A stretch of 64,000 bases of DNA. It comes from Vitrella brassicaformis CCMP3155 (Eukaryota; Protista; Chromerida). The first letter of the stretch is position 1. The number at the start of each line of letters is the position of its first letter. The translations under genes were made by a program, and so were the position numbers. The notes under the pieces were generated by a model. The model was not told the origin of the DNA. It worked only from the letters and a program-made list of their open reading frames with translations, and made no database searches. The stretch spans positions 1 through 64,000 of the forward strand of contig CDMY01000144.1 in the NCBI GenBank assembly GCA_001179505.1. Direction: 5' to 3'. Shown here piece after piece: positions 15,201 through 28,275 of this stretch.

Positions 15201-17934
15201 CCATCATCTTCCTGTGGTGTTGGTGTTGTTGTTGTTGTGGCTTTGTCCAGGGGCATGTGTGAGCTGTTGGGTCTGCTGTTCGCCCAGCAGGTCGTGTGGA
15301 AGAAGCAGCACGCATCGCAGATGGAAACCTACGACGACTGGATTCCCCCCAGCAGCAGCAGCAGCGACCCACCGCCCCAGTATCCCCAGTACCCCCAGCG
15401 CCACCAGCAGGTGCCCAATTTGGTGGGCTTTGCCGTGCTCGGTGGCGACAAGATCTCCTTCGCTCTCACCTGCAAGCTGCTGCCGACCGACATTGAGGCG
15501 CTCAACAAAATCCGCCAGTGCATCTCACAAGTGGTGAGTCAGTGTGAGCAACGCACAACACACACAGCAGCGGTAGATGCGGGTGATGGTTCGGTGTGTG
15601 TCGTGTCGTATCGTGTGTGTGTGTGTTGTCTGCAGCAATCCAGCGGCACACATGACAAGCACGACCCTGAGCACCTGCGCAAGTGAGACACACGAACGAT
15701 CTGAACTGCTGGAGTCTTTATTCAGGGGCCTTTCTCCTTCTCGTGGTGTGTGTGCGTGTGTCCGTGTGTCGTGTCGTCATATATATGCGCAGGCTCGTGC
15801 TGCAGTGGTTCAGCACGCCCCGGGAGCAGCTGCACCCCTCCACACAACAGGTCAGTGGCCGCACAGTACATGTGCCGGTGAGTCGAGCCAGTCGCATGAT
15901 GTGATGGTTGTGTGTGTGTGTGTGCTTGTGCGGCATGGGTGCAGGGCGAGGAGATCTGGGAGCCCAACAAGCGGCAGAGGCACGACACTTCCCCACGCAA
16001 CGGATCTGAGGAGGACCTGCAGCTGCCCGACCTCAAGTGAGAGGGCACGATACCAACCCACCAGACGGACGGACTCATGTGGTGTGGATGGTGTGTGTGG
16101 TGTGAGCAGGGTCCCTGACGGCACCATCATCACCGAGGGGGACTACATGCATGAGCAGCACCGCTGGCGGAAAAAAATGAAACGACAGTTCCTCGACGTG
16201 ACCACCCTGGCCCCGGCGTGTGCGGTGTGTGAGGCCAAGTTCTACGTGTCGCGTGAGAAGGCCGAGGAGTACGAGCGCCGGTCGCTGCTGCTGGGCAAGA
16301 TACTCATGCGATACCGAATGCTCACACTCTTCGAGGTGCGTACGTGAGGTGGGGGAGGCCACACAGTCAACCGATGCTCACTGACTGACTGACTGAGTGT
16401 GTCCATTGGTTTGTCTGCCGCCCGTGCAGGACAAGTGCTGGGCGGTCTGCTGGGTCCACAACTGCAACTGGTCGGTGGGTCGGTGTGTGGCTGGGTCGGG
16501 TCGGTGCGCCACGTCCACACGTTGATTGATGTCCCCCCCTATCCCTCGTTTGGTGTTGGTGCGTGTGTGGGCGTGTGTGGTCAGTCGCGTGTCATCGCTG
16601 GACAGCATGGTGCCCCTCGGCGACAAACTGCGGGAGCAACGGCCCCCACGCGCACTACAGCTTCTCGCCCCGCACATCCGTAAGTGACACACCCACACAC
16701 ACACAGGTAGCCGGCCACTCTCATCTCCTCTCACCTCTCCCCGTGTGTGAGAGCGTGCGTGTGCAGGTGGGGCTGCCTTCGTGTTGGGTGCGTCGTACTT
16801 CGTTGTCCCGGAGGACTGTGCTACAGCCGAGGCGCGCCAGCTCTCACCCGACGAGCAAAAACTCTGCACTGCCGTGAGGGACATCGTAAGCAAAGACCGC
16901 AAACCAACCGACCACATGATGTGGTACAACTCCTTGTGTGTGTGTGTGTGTGTGTGTGTGCAGAGAGGTCGTCTGCAGCGGGGTCATCAGCAGCAGTCGG
17001 TCCCGCCTCTGTCTTACATCAAGTGCGACAAGGGCCACATCGTGGGGATCGAGCTGGCGCTCAGGGGCGAAGAGCCGTGCAGACTCGTACTCGAGGCATC
17101 GCCGCTCGCGTGCGCACCCACACACACACACACACACACACAGTCTGACTATCCAGGCAGCCATTCACCGATCCCACGTCTGTGTGTGGCTGTTTGTGTG
17201 TGTGTTGTCTGTCTGTCTGTCAGTCTGTGTCTGTGTGGTCGTGCGCAGCTGCGCAAGTATGAGGAGGGCAGCAGCGGCGGGGCCGTCACACAGAAGACCC
17301 ACTGCGCATGGACCCATATCAACTGGGACAAAGATCGAGATGGGTCAGTTTACCCTTCCCTCAGCCCGACCGACCGCCCGCAACACCATACCCCACGCAG
17401 CCCACCACACGAGTGCTCTTGTTGCTGTGTCTGTCGCGTGTATCAGTGTTTCCTTTGCTCGTATGCGGCAGCTGCTGGCGAATTTCGAGAAGGAGTACGC
17501 GCAGCGGCCCAACATCATCCCCTGCGAAATCTGCGAGACCGAGTTCAAAGACGGAGAGTTCAACGGTGAGTATTCTGCCACACACACAGACACAGACGCA
17601 CACACACGGGCACGGGTGCAGCAGCCGAGGTGCTCTGGTCATGGTTGTCCGCGTGTGTGTCTGTCCGTCCACTAGACAAGTGCCGCAAGCCGCGCGGCCG
17701 CAGCAGGGCGAACGACCCCCCGACAGACAACGAAAAGAAGGCGTGGTGCCAGGTACACACACACAAACACAGACAGGTAGATAGACGGCAACACGTAACC
17801 CCGCCCATCCATGGGTTGTCTGTCTTGTGTGTTGTGTGTGGCTGTGTGTTGATGTGTGTCAGTTCATGATGCACTGCACGACGCCAGCACACAGGGAGGC
17901 CGTTGCCACGTACACAGTTGAAGCAGACCGATGA
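7506..17934 (+). CDS. TDRD9/Spindle-E-like DExH-box RNA helicase with N-terminal KH domain and C-terminal Cys/His-rich region; about 40 or more exons; start approximate
   Basis: KH: LVGLVIGQRGAKIKRVRDQSGAQVDI. Helicase motifs: GATGSGKTTQIPQFIL, SQPRRLAA, VIDEVHERD, MSAT, ILIFLPG, KVILATNIAESSITIPDVGYVLDFCL, QRRGRAGRV. HA2: GKLTFLGRVFDEMPCDIDLSRLMIYGYTFGCL. C-terminal CETSLMPPIRGMCELLGLLFA matches the TDRD9 motif RETSLMPHIPGLPALLSMLFA as I recall it. Stop TGA at 17932-17934. Confidence 0.85.
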
Positions 17935-19025
17935 ACCAATTGCATGCATCTGTCGGCCTCTGCTGGGAATGTGGCGACGGGATCACTGTGTGGGCGTGCA
18001 TCCTGCGTGCTGTTTGTGTGCTTTATTTATCATCCCCCTATGTATGTATGTGTGTATGTCTGCAGGCCTGTCTGTATATACAACACAACACAACGCAATC
18101 AACACACACTGACTGTTGTTGCTGTTGATGGGTTTCTGGTGTAAGACCTACATGTACAGTGATCCGTCGTGCCCTGTTCATGCTTGAGTGATGGCTATGT
18201 GACCAAACCTATCAATGACCATCACTCAAGCAGGAAGAGTGCACGACGGATCACTGTGCTGTGCATAGAGTCCTCTTCTCCTGGGATGATCTATAGCTAC
18301 CTGGCTGGCCGCGCATGTCTGTCCTTTTCGGTCCGTCTGCAGAAGAGCAAGTACCGCGGTTTATCGGCCAGAGCGGTGGTTTTGTGTTTTGTGTGGTTCC
18401 GTGTGCGTATCGTATCAATGGTGCACGGAAGTGGATCTGGATGTCATGAACGGTCGGTCGTCTTGTTTACTCTCTCTCTCCCTCTCTGTGATGTAGATAC
18501 ATAGATATTTGTCCCTCCCTCATGAGCATCTTGTCTGCCCACCCCCTGTCTTCACCTGATATCGCTCGTGGCCACCTGCCCATCTACCTCTCCCTCTCTT
18601 CGCTCCCTCTCTCTCTCTCTCTTTCTGTCCGTATGTCCGTCTGTCTGTCCGTCTCATGCTTCTACCGCGGGATGCGATGCGCCATACCATAGCTAGGACT
18701 TCCTTCCTGTAACCTCCCTCCCTCCGTTGTGCGCTCCGCATCTACGCTTTCCTTTATCGTTCATGCGCTGTGCAGACATACAAACGCTGCGACAGATCGG
18801 AATGACGTACCTCCTCATTGAACCATGCGACGCAACGAAGAGTCAATGCACCCACTCCCACACACACACGACCACACACGCACACACGCACACGCATTGC
18901 TAGGCTGGCGTCCTTCAGGGCCTTCCCGCCACCAGAGGCTCTCTCTCTACACATGACAGCTCAGCATGCATCTCAAAAGCACTCGATTATCCCAGCTCCA
19001 TTTCCCTCTGCGCAGCATCGCTTGT

Positions 19026-19558
19026 TCACTTGGCAAGGGCCAGCAGTCCCCAAGCCCCGATAAAAGCCAGTCCGCCCACCGGCGTGACAGCGCCCAGCCA
19101 CTTTTGGTCCGACAGCACCAGCGCATATAGACTACCGCTGAAGAGCACAATGCCCGCCGAAAAGAGAGCCGCTGACCTACATGGCACCAACGGTACACAC
19201 AAGCATCCTGATATGCATGGTCGCTCTGTGACACACTGGGCAGGCACCGTCGTGTTCTTTCTGTCCTCACCAGTTGAATCTGTTTCTGCCGAGCGTTTGT
19301 GCTGCGATGATAAGGCCAACCGAATGACTCATGTGGTAGTGCGTCGCGGTCTCCCAGATCTGACACACACACACGGGATTGACCTTGTGTGCAAGCATCC
19401 GGGGTGTGGCATTGATCTCCTGCGCCCGTACGTGCCTTGAGTTGTTCAGTTGAGATGCCTTTCGCCCTCAGCCCATGTGCGCCAAACGCTCCCAGGCACA
19501 CAGAGAGAGCTGCAGATCCACAGCCTATGTAGAACCACGGTGAAGGGGGACCACTCAT
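19026..19558 (-). CDS. TMEM256: DUF423/TMEM256-family small membrane protein, 3 exons
   Basis: GSAALSVCLGAFGAHGL, WETATRYHMSHS and LFSAGIVLFSGSLYALVL...GAVTPVGGLAFIGAW are the DUF423 motifs. ATG at 19558, TGA at 19026-19028. Confidence 0.9.
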
Positions 19559-19640
19559 CTCAGGATCCGATGGCACATATGTCCTCCTAGCCCTACTCAG
19601 CCAAGTTGGACCGGTGCATCTGAGCTAAGCGCGCAATCCG

Positions 19641-21782
19641 ATGCATGCAAAGCGCGCACTGGCACGCATTGCAGAGATGGATTCCGGGGCTCAAGTGAGG
19701 CAGGGAGCGCCAAGGGACAGCCGTGCCGATGATGGCCTTGACATGACCGCCGTCCAGAGAGCGAGGACCCTCCTCATCGGCAGACACACGCCCATCTACG
19801 AGATGGACGACGCTGCGCATCTTGTGGCGAAGGAGAGGCGCCCACGGGACAGTTTGAGGAAGGCCCCATCTGCCGCTGGTGCCCCGTCCTCATCTGCAAT
19901 GAGTGGCGCTCGAATCCGCATGGAAGGCTCGGTCGCTGCAGCCACAAGACGGCGGCAGACGCTGAACGAGAACAAGAGGCGGCGACGGCTCAAGAAGATG
20001 CAGAGCCACATGGAGAAGGAGGAGCCGCGCATCGCCTTCGGCCGGTCCACCTCTCATCTGTCAAGGATGGGGCAGACAGCCACCAACGACACCGACAAGG
20101 ACCATGGGTCCCCTTCGGAGAGCGTCGTCGAGGCCTCCATTCATCCATCAGACGGCACACCCGACTACTGGAAGGTGGCATTGCAGAGAGTCAAAGAGCG
20201 AGAGGCGGCGAGACAGCGGGAACGGGAACGGAGTGAGATCCGGGCGGCAGAGGCCAGGCAGCGCCGCAGCAAGTCTCTGGAGAGGGCCACCCTGCTCCGT
20301 CAGACTGTACTGGAGCGGCTGCGGGTGGAGAAGGAGATCCAGAGAGAGCACCGGTTGGCAGCAGAGGCATCACGGTTGGCCCAGGAGGATGCCCGGAGGA
20401 GTATGGGAGAGGTGTGGGAGACAAAAAGAAAGGAGGCAGCCAAGAGGACCATGGAGCGCGAGGCGCGTGACCGGGAGAGGGTGCAGAGGGAGGCCGAGGC
20501 CGCCAGGGTCAATAACCAGAAACGGAAGGTAGGTACCAAAGACCAAAACACAAAGACACATGCATGACCCACACAGAGAGACTAGAGGGACTGTTGCTGC
20601 TTTCGTGAATATAATGTGACGAACAGGTGGAGTCTGCGAGGAAGGCCGAGGCGGGCCGTCTCGAGGCCCTGCAGCGAGTGCATGTATTCGAGATTCGGCA
20701 GATGCGCCGGATTACATCGGAAGAGGCCCGAAAAAAGCGCGAGCAGGAGACCAGCACGCATCTGCTGGAACTCAGAGAGGAACAGGTCAGCCAGGCCGAT
20801 CCAAGAACCGACGCATAGACGAGACACGAGCCACATGACCGCCGACATTTGGTGCATGCAGGCCCGCCAGGCAATACAGGCCGCCAAGCAGCGAATCAGG
20901 CTCAGGCGGCGGCAGACCACCGACGCCATCCCGTCGAAGAAAGACGATGGCACACCGCCTCAGCAGCCGTCCCCCCGCCTTTTCCCCCTAAGGTCTTTCC
21001 CTCTAGAGGCACGACAACTGGACAGCGACAACACCAGCTACAACGACAATGGCGAGAATAAGTTTGTGCTGCCACCGATCGAGCCAGTGCCAAAGGGGGA
21101 GTCTCAGAGCGACGTGCCGTCGATCAGCAGCGGTGAGCTGTCGGGCCCACTGCCAGTCATCCTCGACAACACGAGCGGCTCGGCGGCCTCCTCGCCCAGA
21201 CAGAGAAGGGCCGTCCCGGCTGTTGCGCAGAGTGATGGTGGATGGAGGGGCTCGTTCTCTTATGCTGAGGCCTTCCGAAGGACGCTACGTGAGAGGAAGG
21301 AGAAGAGGCAGCAGTACGCCCAGATCCATGAGCACCAGCAGGAGCTGAAGCGGCGCACATCCCATAAGCACATCAACACCCACATGAGAAGGGTTGAGAC
21401 TCTCACCCACAACAACAACAACAGCAGCCGCAACAGCAGGGACATCTCTGAGGAAGAGACGACAAACGACCCCTTGGCCGCTCCCGCCCCAATCCTTACC
21501 AGGCCGACGGACGGCAAGAGCCCCTGCTCCCCCTCCCCGCCCCCCGACTCGTCCTCTCCACCCTCTCTCGCGTCATCGCCCTCTCCCGTACCGCAGGTCG
21601 GCGCGTTCGTGGGTCACATTGCTGGTGAAGACGACCATTTTTTTAAAAACGATGGTGTGGCGGCGCCCCACCTGAGCACTCCTTCTGTCAAACGGGAGTG
21701 GCTGGCGCCGAAGAAGGCTCCACAATCAAGCCCTGCGTGCGGGACACCCAACACCAACGCCGGCTGTCGGAGACGCGTGTGA
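19641..21782 (+). CDS. Hypothetical protein with long R/E-rich coiled coil and low-complexity C-terminus, 3 exons (introns 20529-20626, 20786-20861)
   Basis: Long ORFs 19641..20567 and 20616..21782 are joined in frame through two GT-AG introns. Charged heptad segment ALQRVKEREAARQRERERSEIRAAEARQRR. No family recognised. Confidence 0.7.
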
Positions 21783-23158
21783 GTGAGAGTCCAGACACGA
21801 TGGCTGCTCTGGGGAGACTGATATTCCGCGTCTGAGTGTGTGTGTGAGTATGTGTGTTGCGCGACGCTGCCGTGGCCATGTGAACGGAAATACATTCTGG
21901 AAGATGCATGTGTATCTATCTGGTTGGTGGGAGGATTGATTGCCCTTGATGGTGGATGGAACGAACGAACAGGTGTGGGTCCATGACATGGAGGTTCAAC
22001 GCGTGCAACAAACAGTGTATGTGCATTCATTTGTACAGGCAGGCAGGCGGGCAGAGAGGAGCGAGTTGGGGGTGAGAAAGGAAGGCAAGGCAGGAGACAG
22101 AGCAAGCAGCAAGCAGCGAGTCTCTCCTCTTTGAGGCGACCACGGCTAGTACGAACGAAAAACTGCATGGTGACATCCCTCACGTCAAACGGCAAGGCCC
22201 ACACACCCAAACACATGCGGCCGCACTCTCCACTCACACGCATCAACCGAGTCAGTCGGCCCACTGAGCCTCAAATTATGCCAGTGATCGATCTCAGAGT
22301 GGAAAAACTGACAACATCTATAAGGCACGGACAGCAAATGTGCCCTCCCTCCCCCCCTCCCTCCCCCCCTCTCTCTCACTGAACGATTGCAGGACGTCAT
22401 CCTCCTCAACTGACTGACAGACTGACTTGTCATGTCAGAGCTAGTACAATAGTAGGTGCGCATGTGTGTGTATGTGGTAATGTCCATGTGTGGTGTGGTT
22501 ATCGATAGCTGCCCGCCTGCCTTCGTCTACCAGTAGGTAGGGGGGGTAAGGCGCCTCGCAATGAATCCAATGCAACTCAACTCAACTCTGTCGGTTCTCG
22601 TCTCATCTCATCTCATTCATCTCTTCTTTGACACGACCGACCGCCCGACAGAAAAAATAGGGGTGCATGGGTCTGTCGATGCAGGCACGACAGGCATGGC
22701 AGCTCACATCGGGAGGCTGGTCCATATCCATGGTCCCTCCCTCCCTCCGTTGTGCGCTCTGCCTGCAGCCCACCTGTGCTTGTGCATGCATCTCAATGTT
22801 TATCAATGAGTGATGATGCCCATGCACCCGGCAGGCCCCCCGGGAGCAAACTTGAACGCCGCCAGGGGGGGCCTGCCAAAAATGTCGTGCCGTAGATCTC
22901 TCAGCCACGTGCGAACGCACACCACATTCCGATCAACTAAATGCACTCAGTGGTCGCTCTCGTCCGCCACCTCCGTCACCCACCCCCTCACTCGTACATC
23001 CATCCATCGATCCTGCCTCTCTCTCTAGAGCACCCACACGACAAATGAGTGCGTGAGCGACCCGGTGTCGCCCATCCAAGCATTCGCCGCTCCGCCCCGC
23101 TGCTACCCGCCCCTACCGCTCTGCATCGCGATAGCTTTACACACTATAGCTCCTCCCT

Positions 23159-23458
23159 NNNNNNNNNNNNNNNNNNNNNNNNNNNNNNNNNNNNNNNNNN
23201 NNNNNNNNNNNNNNNNNNNNNNNNNNNNNNNNNNNNNNNNNNNNNNNNNNNNNNNNNNNNNNNNNNNNNNNNNNNNNNNNNNNNNNNNNNNNNNNNNNNN
23301 NNNNNNNNNNNNNNNNNNNNNNNNNNNNNNNNNNNNNNNNNNNNNNNNNNNNNNNNNNNNNNNNNNNNNNNNNNNNNNNNNNNNNNNNNNNNNNNNNNNN
23401 NNNNNNNNNNNNNNNNNNNNNNNNNNNNNNNNNNNNNNNNNNNNNNNNNNNNNNNNNN
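23159..23458. other. Assembly gap (300 N)
   Basis: Run of N. Confidence 1.
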
Positions 23459-23860
23459 CGCCCCTCACAGACACGACACACGCAGACAGAAAAAGAGCCC
23501 CCACACACACTCAGAGACACGCGATAGGATGACTGGCGGCAGACCAGCAAATCTCTCTCCTCCATCATCCCTCCCTCCCTCCGTCCCTCTCTCCCTCCCC
23601 CTTCTCTCTCTGCACACCGATTGATACATAGGGCTGGGCTGGCTGGTCACACGCGACACATGTTTGATGCAGAAACGCCTGGCGCTCTAAATCAGCCAGC
23701 GCGATCGAAAACTCCCCCGTTGGATTGCATTGCAGCCCGAAGGACAAACCTTCGTGTGTGTATGTGTATGCCCCACATCACACCACCCATACATCACATC
23801 TCCCATCTGCCACTGTACACGTCAGTCCACGCCCAGCGCATGCCCTGCATCCTCCGTCAG

Positions 23861-26105
23861 TCAATCCTCATAGTGATCCGGAGCAGCGGACGCCAGCTCT
23901 GAACGAACCAACGAAAGGAAGGATGATAGACTGATAGACACAGAGCATTTCCCCGTTGTATGCCGCCCGGCGTACGTACCTTCTTCGGTCGCCACGGACA
24001 GCATGCTGACCGTGGCCTGCCAGTTCTGCCTCCCGCTCGCATCAGCACCATCGCCCGCTTCATCCATTGGGCCGGAGGGCGACCGGGCGATCGGGCTAGA
24101 TGTCAGGGACAGCACACGAGGGGGCGTGGAGTCGCCCCCCGATCCTCCGCTGATCGTCGGCTGCTCGGGGAAGGGCGGGAGGGGCTGCGATGGGCGCTGC
24201 TGCGCGTCGATGAGTGACTGGCGGTGGGACTCGCCACGCCTGGCGGGATAACGTGCAGTGGGCACGGGGAGCCTGACAAAAAAGAAGAAAGAGAGAGGGG
24301 GGGGTTGTTCGGCTGGTTGACCCTCCCTCCCTCCCTCCGTCCCCCTGGCCTTGGCTCACTCACTCACTTTGGCATCATGCATGTGGGTTCAGTGGCGTGT
24401 TTCTTGGCCCCCCTGGCCCGTCTGGGCGGCATCCGATTGATGTGCAGCACCGACTCGCTCCACGCACTCTGAGCACTGTGGGCGCTCTTCTCACTCCTGG
24501 CCCGCTCAAGCCCCCACGGCGACAGCACGGGGGGCGGCGGCACGCCGTCCTCCCTCACATCACTCCTACCGTTGCTGGTCGCCAGGTCGCTGCCCACCGA
24601 CGTGAACCCTCCGGGCGTGTTGGTGGACGGCAGCTGGGACATGGGCGACAGAGAGCTGCCCGTCCCAACCTTCCGCCCATCGACAGGTGAGATTTGGGGC
24701 GCCAAGATCACGGGCACGGACACCGCAGCAGGAGGGGGCGGTGCAGGGGCCTTCGGAAAGAGCGTGTGGACGTCACCCTCTCGCGCCGACGGGTAGACAG
24801 TCAGAAAAGGGACGGCTGGGGGCGTAGTAGGGGGGATGTTTGGCGTAGTAGAGTGAACCTCATAAGGGGGGTATGGTGGGGGCGGGGGCGGGGGAGGGGG
24901 AGGGGGTGGCGGCTGGCTAATCGTCTCCTGTGGAGTCGGCGACAGCCGCAGCGACTGGAACGATGAGGCAATGCTGGAGAAGGAGTCCTGCCTGGCGCCC
25001 ATGTCATAGTGTGGCGGTGAGGGGGCCTGGGTGTAGGGGGGCGGCGGGATGGGGTGGCCGGCCGCCACGGCGCTGTCGATGGAGGGCGATGACGAGTTGG
25101 AGAGTGTGATGCCGAGCTCGTTCCTTCGGCGGGCCTCCTCGATTTCTGACTCCATCTTGTGCTTGGCACGTGACGCGGCGACCAGGTCGGTGATGTTGAG
25201 ACCCTGCTTCATGGCCATCTTCTCCAACTCGGTCAAACGATACCTGAATCAATGAATCAATCAGTGAGCGGGCAGGACAGCCATGCCATGCCATGGATAG
25301 GAGCTGTCATTATTCCCTGTGGTGTCCCTCCCTGTGCCTTCACTCACTTTCGCGGCCTCAGTTCGTGTAGGCCGTGGGCGTGTCGGCAGACGTCGCCATT
25401 CGGACAGTGACCGCGCAAGAAGAAACGACACATGCCCGTCTGATCAAAACAGTCACACCAGTGAGTGTAGTCGGAGTTGTCACGTGTATTTCTGTGTGCG
25501 TGTGTGTGCTTGCCTTATAGTAGTCGTCAGATGCCCGTAGCTCCTTCTCCCCGTGTGCATACTTGCACTCCTCAGCAGGCAGGGGGCACCGACCCTGATC
25601 AAACAAGCATGACACACACAGCCAAGACGGCCCCAGGACACCACCCCACCACCATCAATGCACGTGGATGGATGGATGGATGGATGTCGTCACGCTGCTG
25701 GCTCGCTCACCTCCTGCCACTCCTTGCACAGCCTGGTCTTGATCAACGACTGAGGAGTCCTCAGCTCCTCCCTGCACAACCCAGTGCCCAGGACACCGAC
25801 ACAGACAGACAGACAGACAAGACGGTCGACGGTCGGCGACTGAGTGCATTGAGTCTTTGTTGGGTACCTGGTGTGGGCATAGTGGCATTCGGCGCCTCTC
25901 ACACAGCGCCCTTGCAGGTGGAACGGGCACATCTGAGCGGGCAGCGCACGACAGTCAATCAGACAAAGACAGACAGTCATAAGCATAAGAAGCGGGCATC
26001 ACCTCGTGTGCTCTCTTCTCTGCCTGCGTGCTGTGCGAGGTGTGGAGGCAGCCGTCCCACCTTGGTGCGCCAGAACTGATCAACGGGTGACTGAACCACC
26101 ATCAT
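23861..26105 (-). CDS. Tandem CCCH (C3H1) zinc-finger RNA-binding protein with long Pro/Ser-rich C-terminus
   Basis: Spliced: MMVVQSPVDQFWRTK|MCPFHLQGRCVRGAECHYAH, LIKTRLCKEWQE|GRCPLPAEECKYAHGEKELR and a third finger ending CRHAHGLHELRPR. Last exon ELASAAPDHYED-TGA at 23861. Confidence 0.85.
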
Positions 26106-26319
26106 TTGCTTCTGCTTCTTCTCATTCACAACACACTGCTCACTCAGATGCACAACTCCTCGCGCACCTCCATCGCAACTGCTGGAAGCTTATGGGAGCT
26201 CGCCTCCGAAACCCGTCACCTCCCGTGCCAATTGTCCATGCCCCTAGCCCGCGCCGGTGTCTCACCCTGCCAAGCCCCTAACCCTTGGGTCCTCATCAAA
26301 CCCTGCCAGTAGGTCCATC

Positions 26320-27716
26320 ATGTCCATCGTTCTTTCATCCGGCGTCTCTTTGCTGCCACTTTCAGCCACCAAGGGCACTGGCGCCATACTGAAAGCATCC
26401 GATGATACTTCGCTGACCTCGCTGTGTTCGGTGTTGAGGGACAATCGCAGTGAGCTGCTTGCACTGTGGCGGACGTGTGGCGCCATCTTGGTGCGGGGCT
26501 ATCAAGTCAAAACTGCCGAGGACTTCGAAAAGGCCGCATCGACTCTCTGTCATCTCCTGGACCGATACCCTGGTGAGGAGGAAGACATGGCTGAAGCAAC
26601 GATGGATTCATTCATGCTGTGTATGCCTTCTTCTTCCATCAGGCAATGCGCCTCGCAATAAAGTGACTCAGTACGTCTGGACCAGCACCGAACTGCCGCA
26701 CTATCTCCCCATTCCAGCACATGCAGAGCTCTCGTACGTTCCCAAGTGAGTGGGCGGACAGGGGCAGGGACATTTGCTCGGCCCTAGCGTGCACACATAT
26801 CGGTTGTGTTGGTGCCAGGGCCCGTCCCGCTGCTATCCTCTTTTTCTGTGAGCAGCCGAGCACATCGTTCGGCCAGACGCCCATCGTCCGGCTCACTGAC
26901 GTGTGGAAGAGCCTGCCCTTGTGGCTTCAGGACAAGTGAGCAGGACACACACCTGCACACGGAGGTGCACCGGCTGCATGGAAGCTTGTGTGCCCGTCTG
27001 GTGTGCTGTGGTGTGGTGTGGTGTGGTGTGTCAGGTTGGAGCGCAAGGGCGGCTTCATAAGCGTACGGAGGGCCGACGCCAAGGGCGTCAGGTCAGCACC
27101 CACACACACGCGCGTGCCACACCATGCGAGCGCACGGATGTATGTATTTTCTTCTGTTGTCAGAGTATTTGACTTCAGGAGCCGGGGCAAGCCAACCAAG
27201 ACGTGGCGGGCCATCTTCGAGACCGATGACCCAGCTGAGGTGGAGAAGCAGTGCCACCAGGACGGCGTGGCCGTCGAGTGGAAGAACGGCCAGAAGGGCG
27301 GCGATGCACTGCTCAAGACGCCCTTCTCCGCTACTCGCATGGTCGACGGCACGAAGGCATTCAGCGGGTGGTTCGCGAACTTCATCCCAGCCGGCGCCGT
27401 GATCGACTCCCTGTTCGTGGCCATGCACACGCGCCGGGCCAGGGACGTGCTCACGAGTGTGCTGCTGGCCGTCAAGTGCGTCATCCAGATGGTGGTCCAT
27501 GCCATGTGGCCGTCGCAGCGGCTGTCACACAGCACGTATGCCGACGGGAGTGAGATCCCGTTGTGGGACATTTTCTGTATTGTGCGGGCGCACTGGAAGC
27601 ACTATGTGGTGCTCAGCTGGGAGAAAGGCGACGTGCTGTTTGTGGACAATGACGTGTGTGGGCACGCGAGGCTGCCGTTCGACCCGCCCAGACGCATTCT
27701 CACTGCAATCGCATGA
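26320..27716 (+). CDS. TauD/TfdA (clavaminate synthase-like) 2-oxoglutarate/Fe(II) dioxygenase family protein
   Basis: GAILVRGY, APRNKV..VWTSTE, IPAHAELSY (HxE iron ligands), ILFFCEQP...GQTPI and WEKGDVLFVDNDVCGHARLPFDPPRRIL (distal His and Arg). Confidence 0.88.
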
Positions 27717-28275
27717 TAGACAGAGAGAGAGAGAGAGAGAGACCCGCACACACTGTGGGAGGGGATGGACCCATTGCATGTGCGTGTGTGGCGTGTGGCT
27801 GGTTTTTTCCATGTGGATGGATGCCATGTGGCGCTTTTGGGTGCGTGTGATCCTCACATGCATACAATACATTTATTTTTCCGACGGGCATGCAGTAAGT
27901 TGATCTTGTGAGCAAGCCTGCGAAGCGCGTTTGCTTCTTTTTTCTGCCCGTGTGTATCTGCCGACCTACGGCTGCGCCCATCGGTGTTTTGTCGCTGTCA
28001 ATGTGCATATATAATACATATGGCTCTGCCATGCATGTTGATAAGTAGCTGTCCTCATGTGTGTGTTCATAACTGCGAGACCGACAAGGCATTGAGGGAA
28101 AAACGTGTCATTTCCAAGTACATACGACGACGAGTCACGGTGCACCCACCATCCACACGCCAGTCGCCATAGACAGACATTCACCAGGCAGACATCCAGC
28201 CAACCGTTGCAGACGCAGGCAGGGAGTGCTCAGCGCATCCTTCCTGTGAATGTGTGGAGAGAGTGCTGAGGGGCT

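Noticed and set aside
22560-23158. Short ORFs next to the first gap
   Set aside because: No homology or coherent exon chain; the region is interrupted by Ns.
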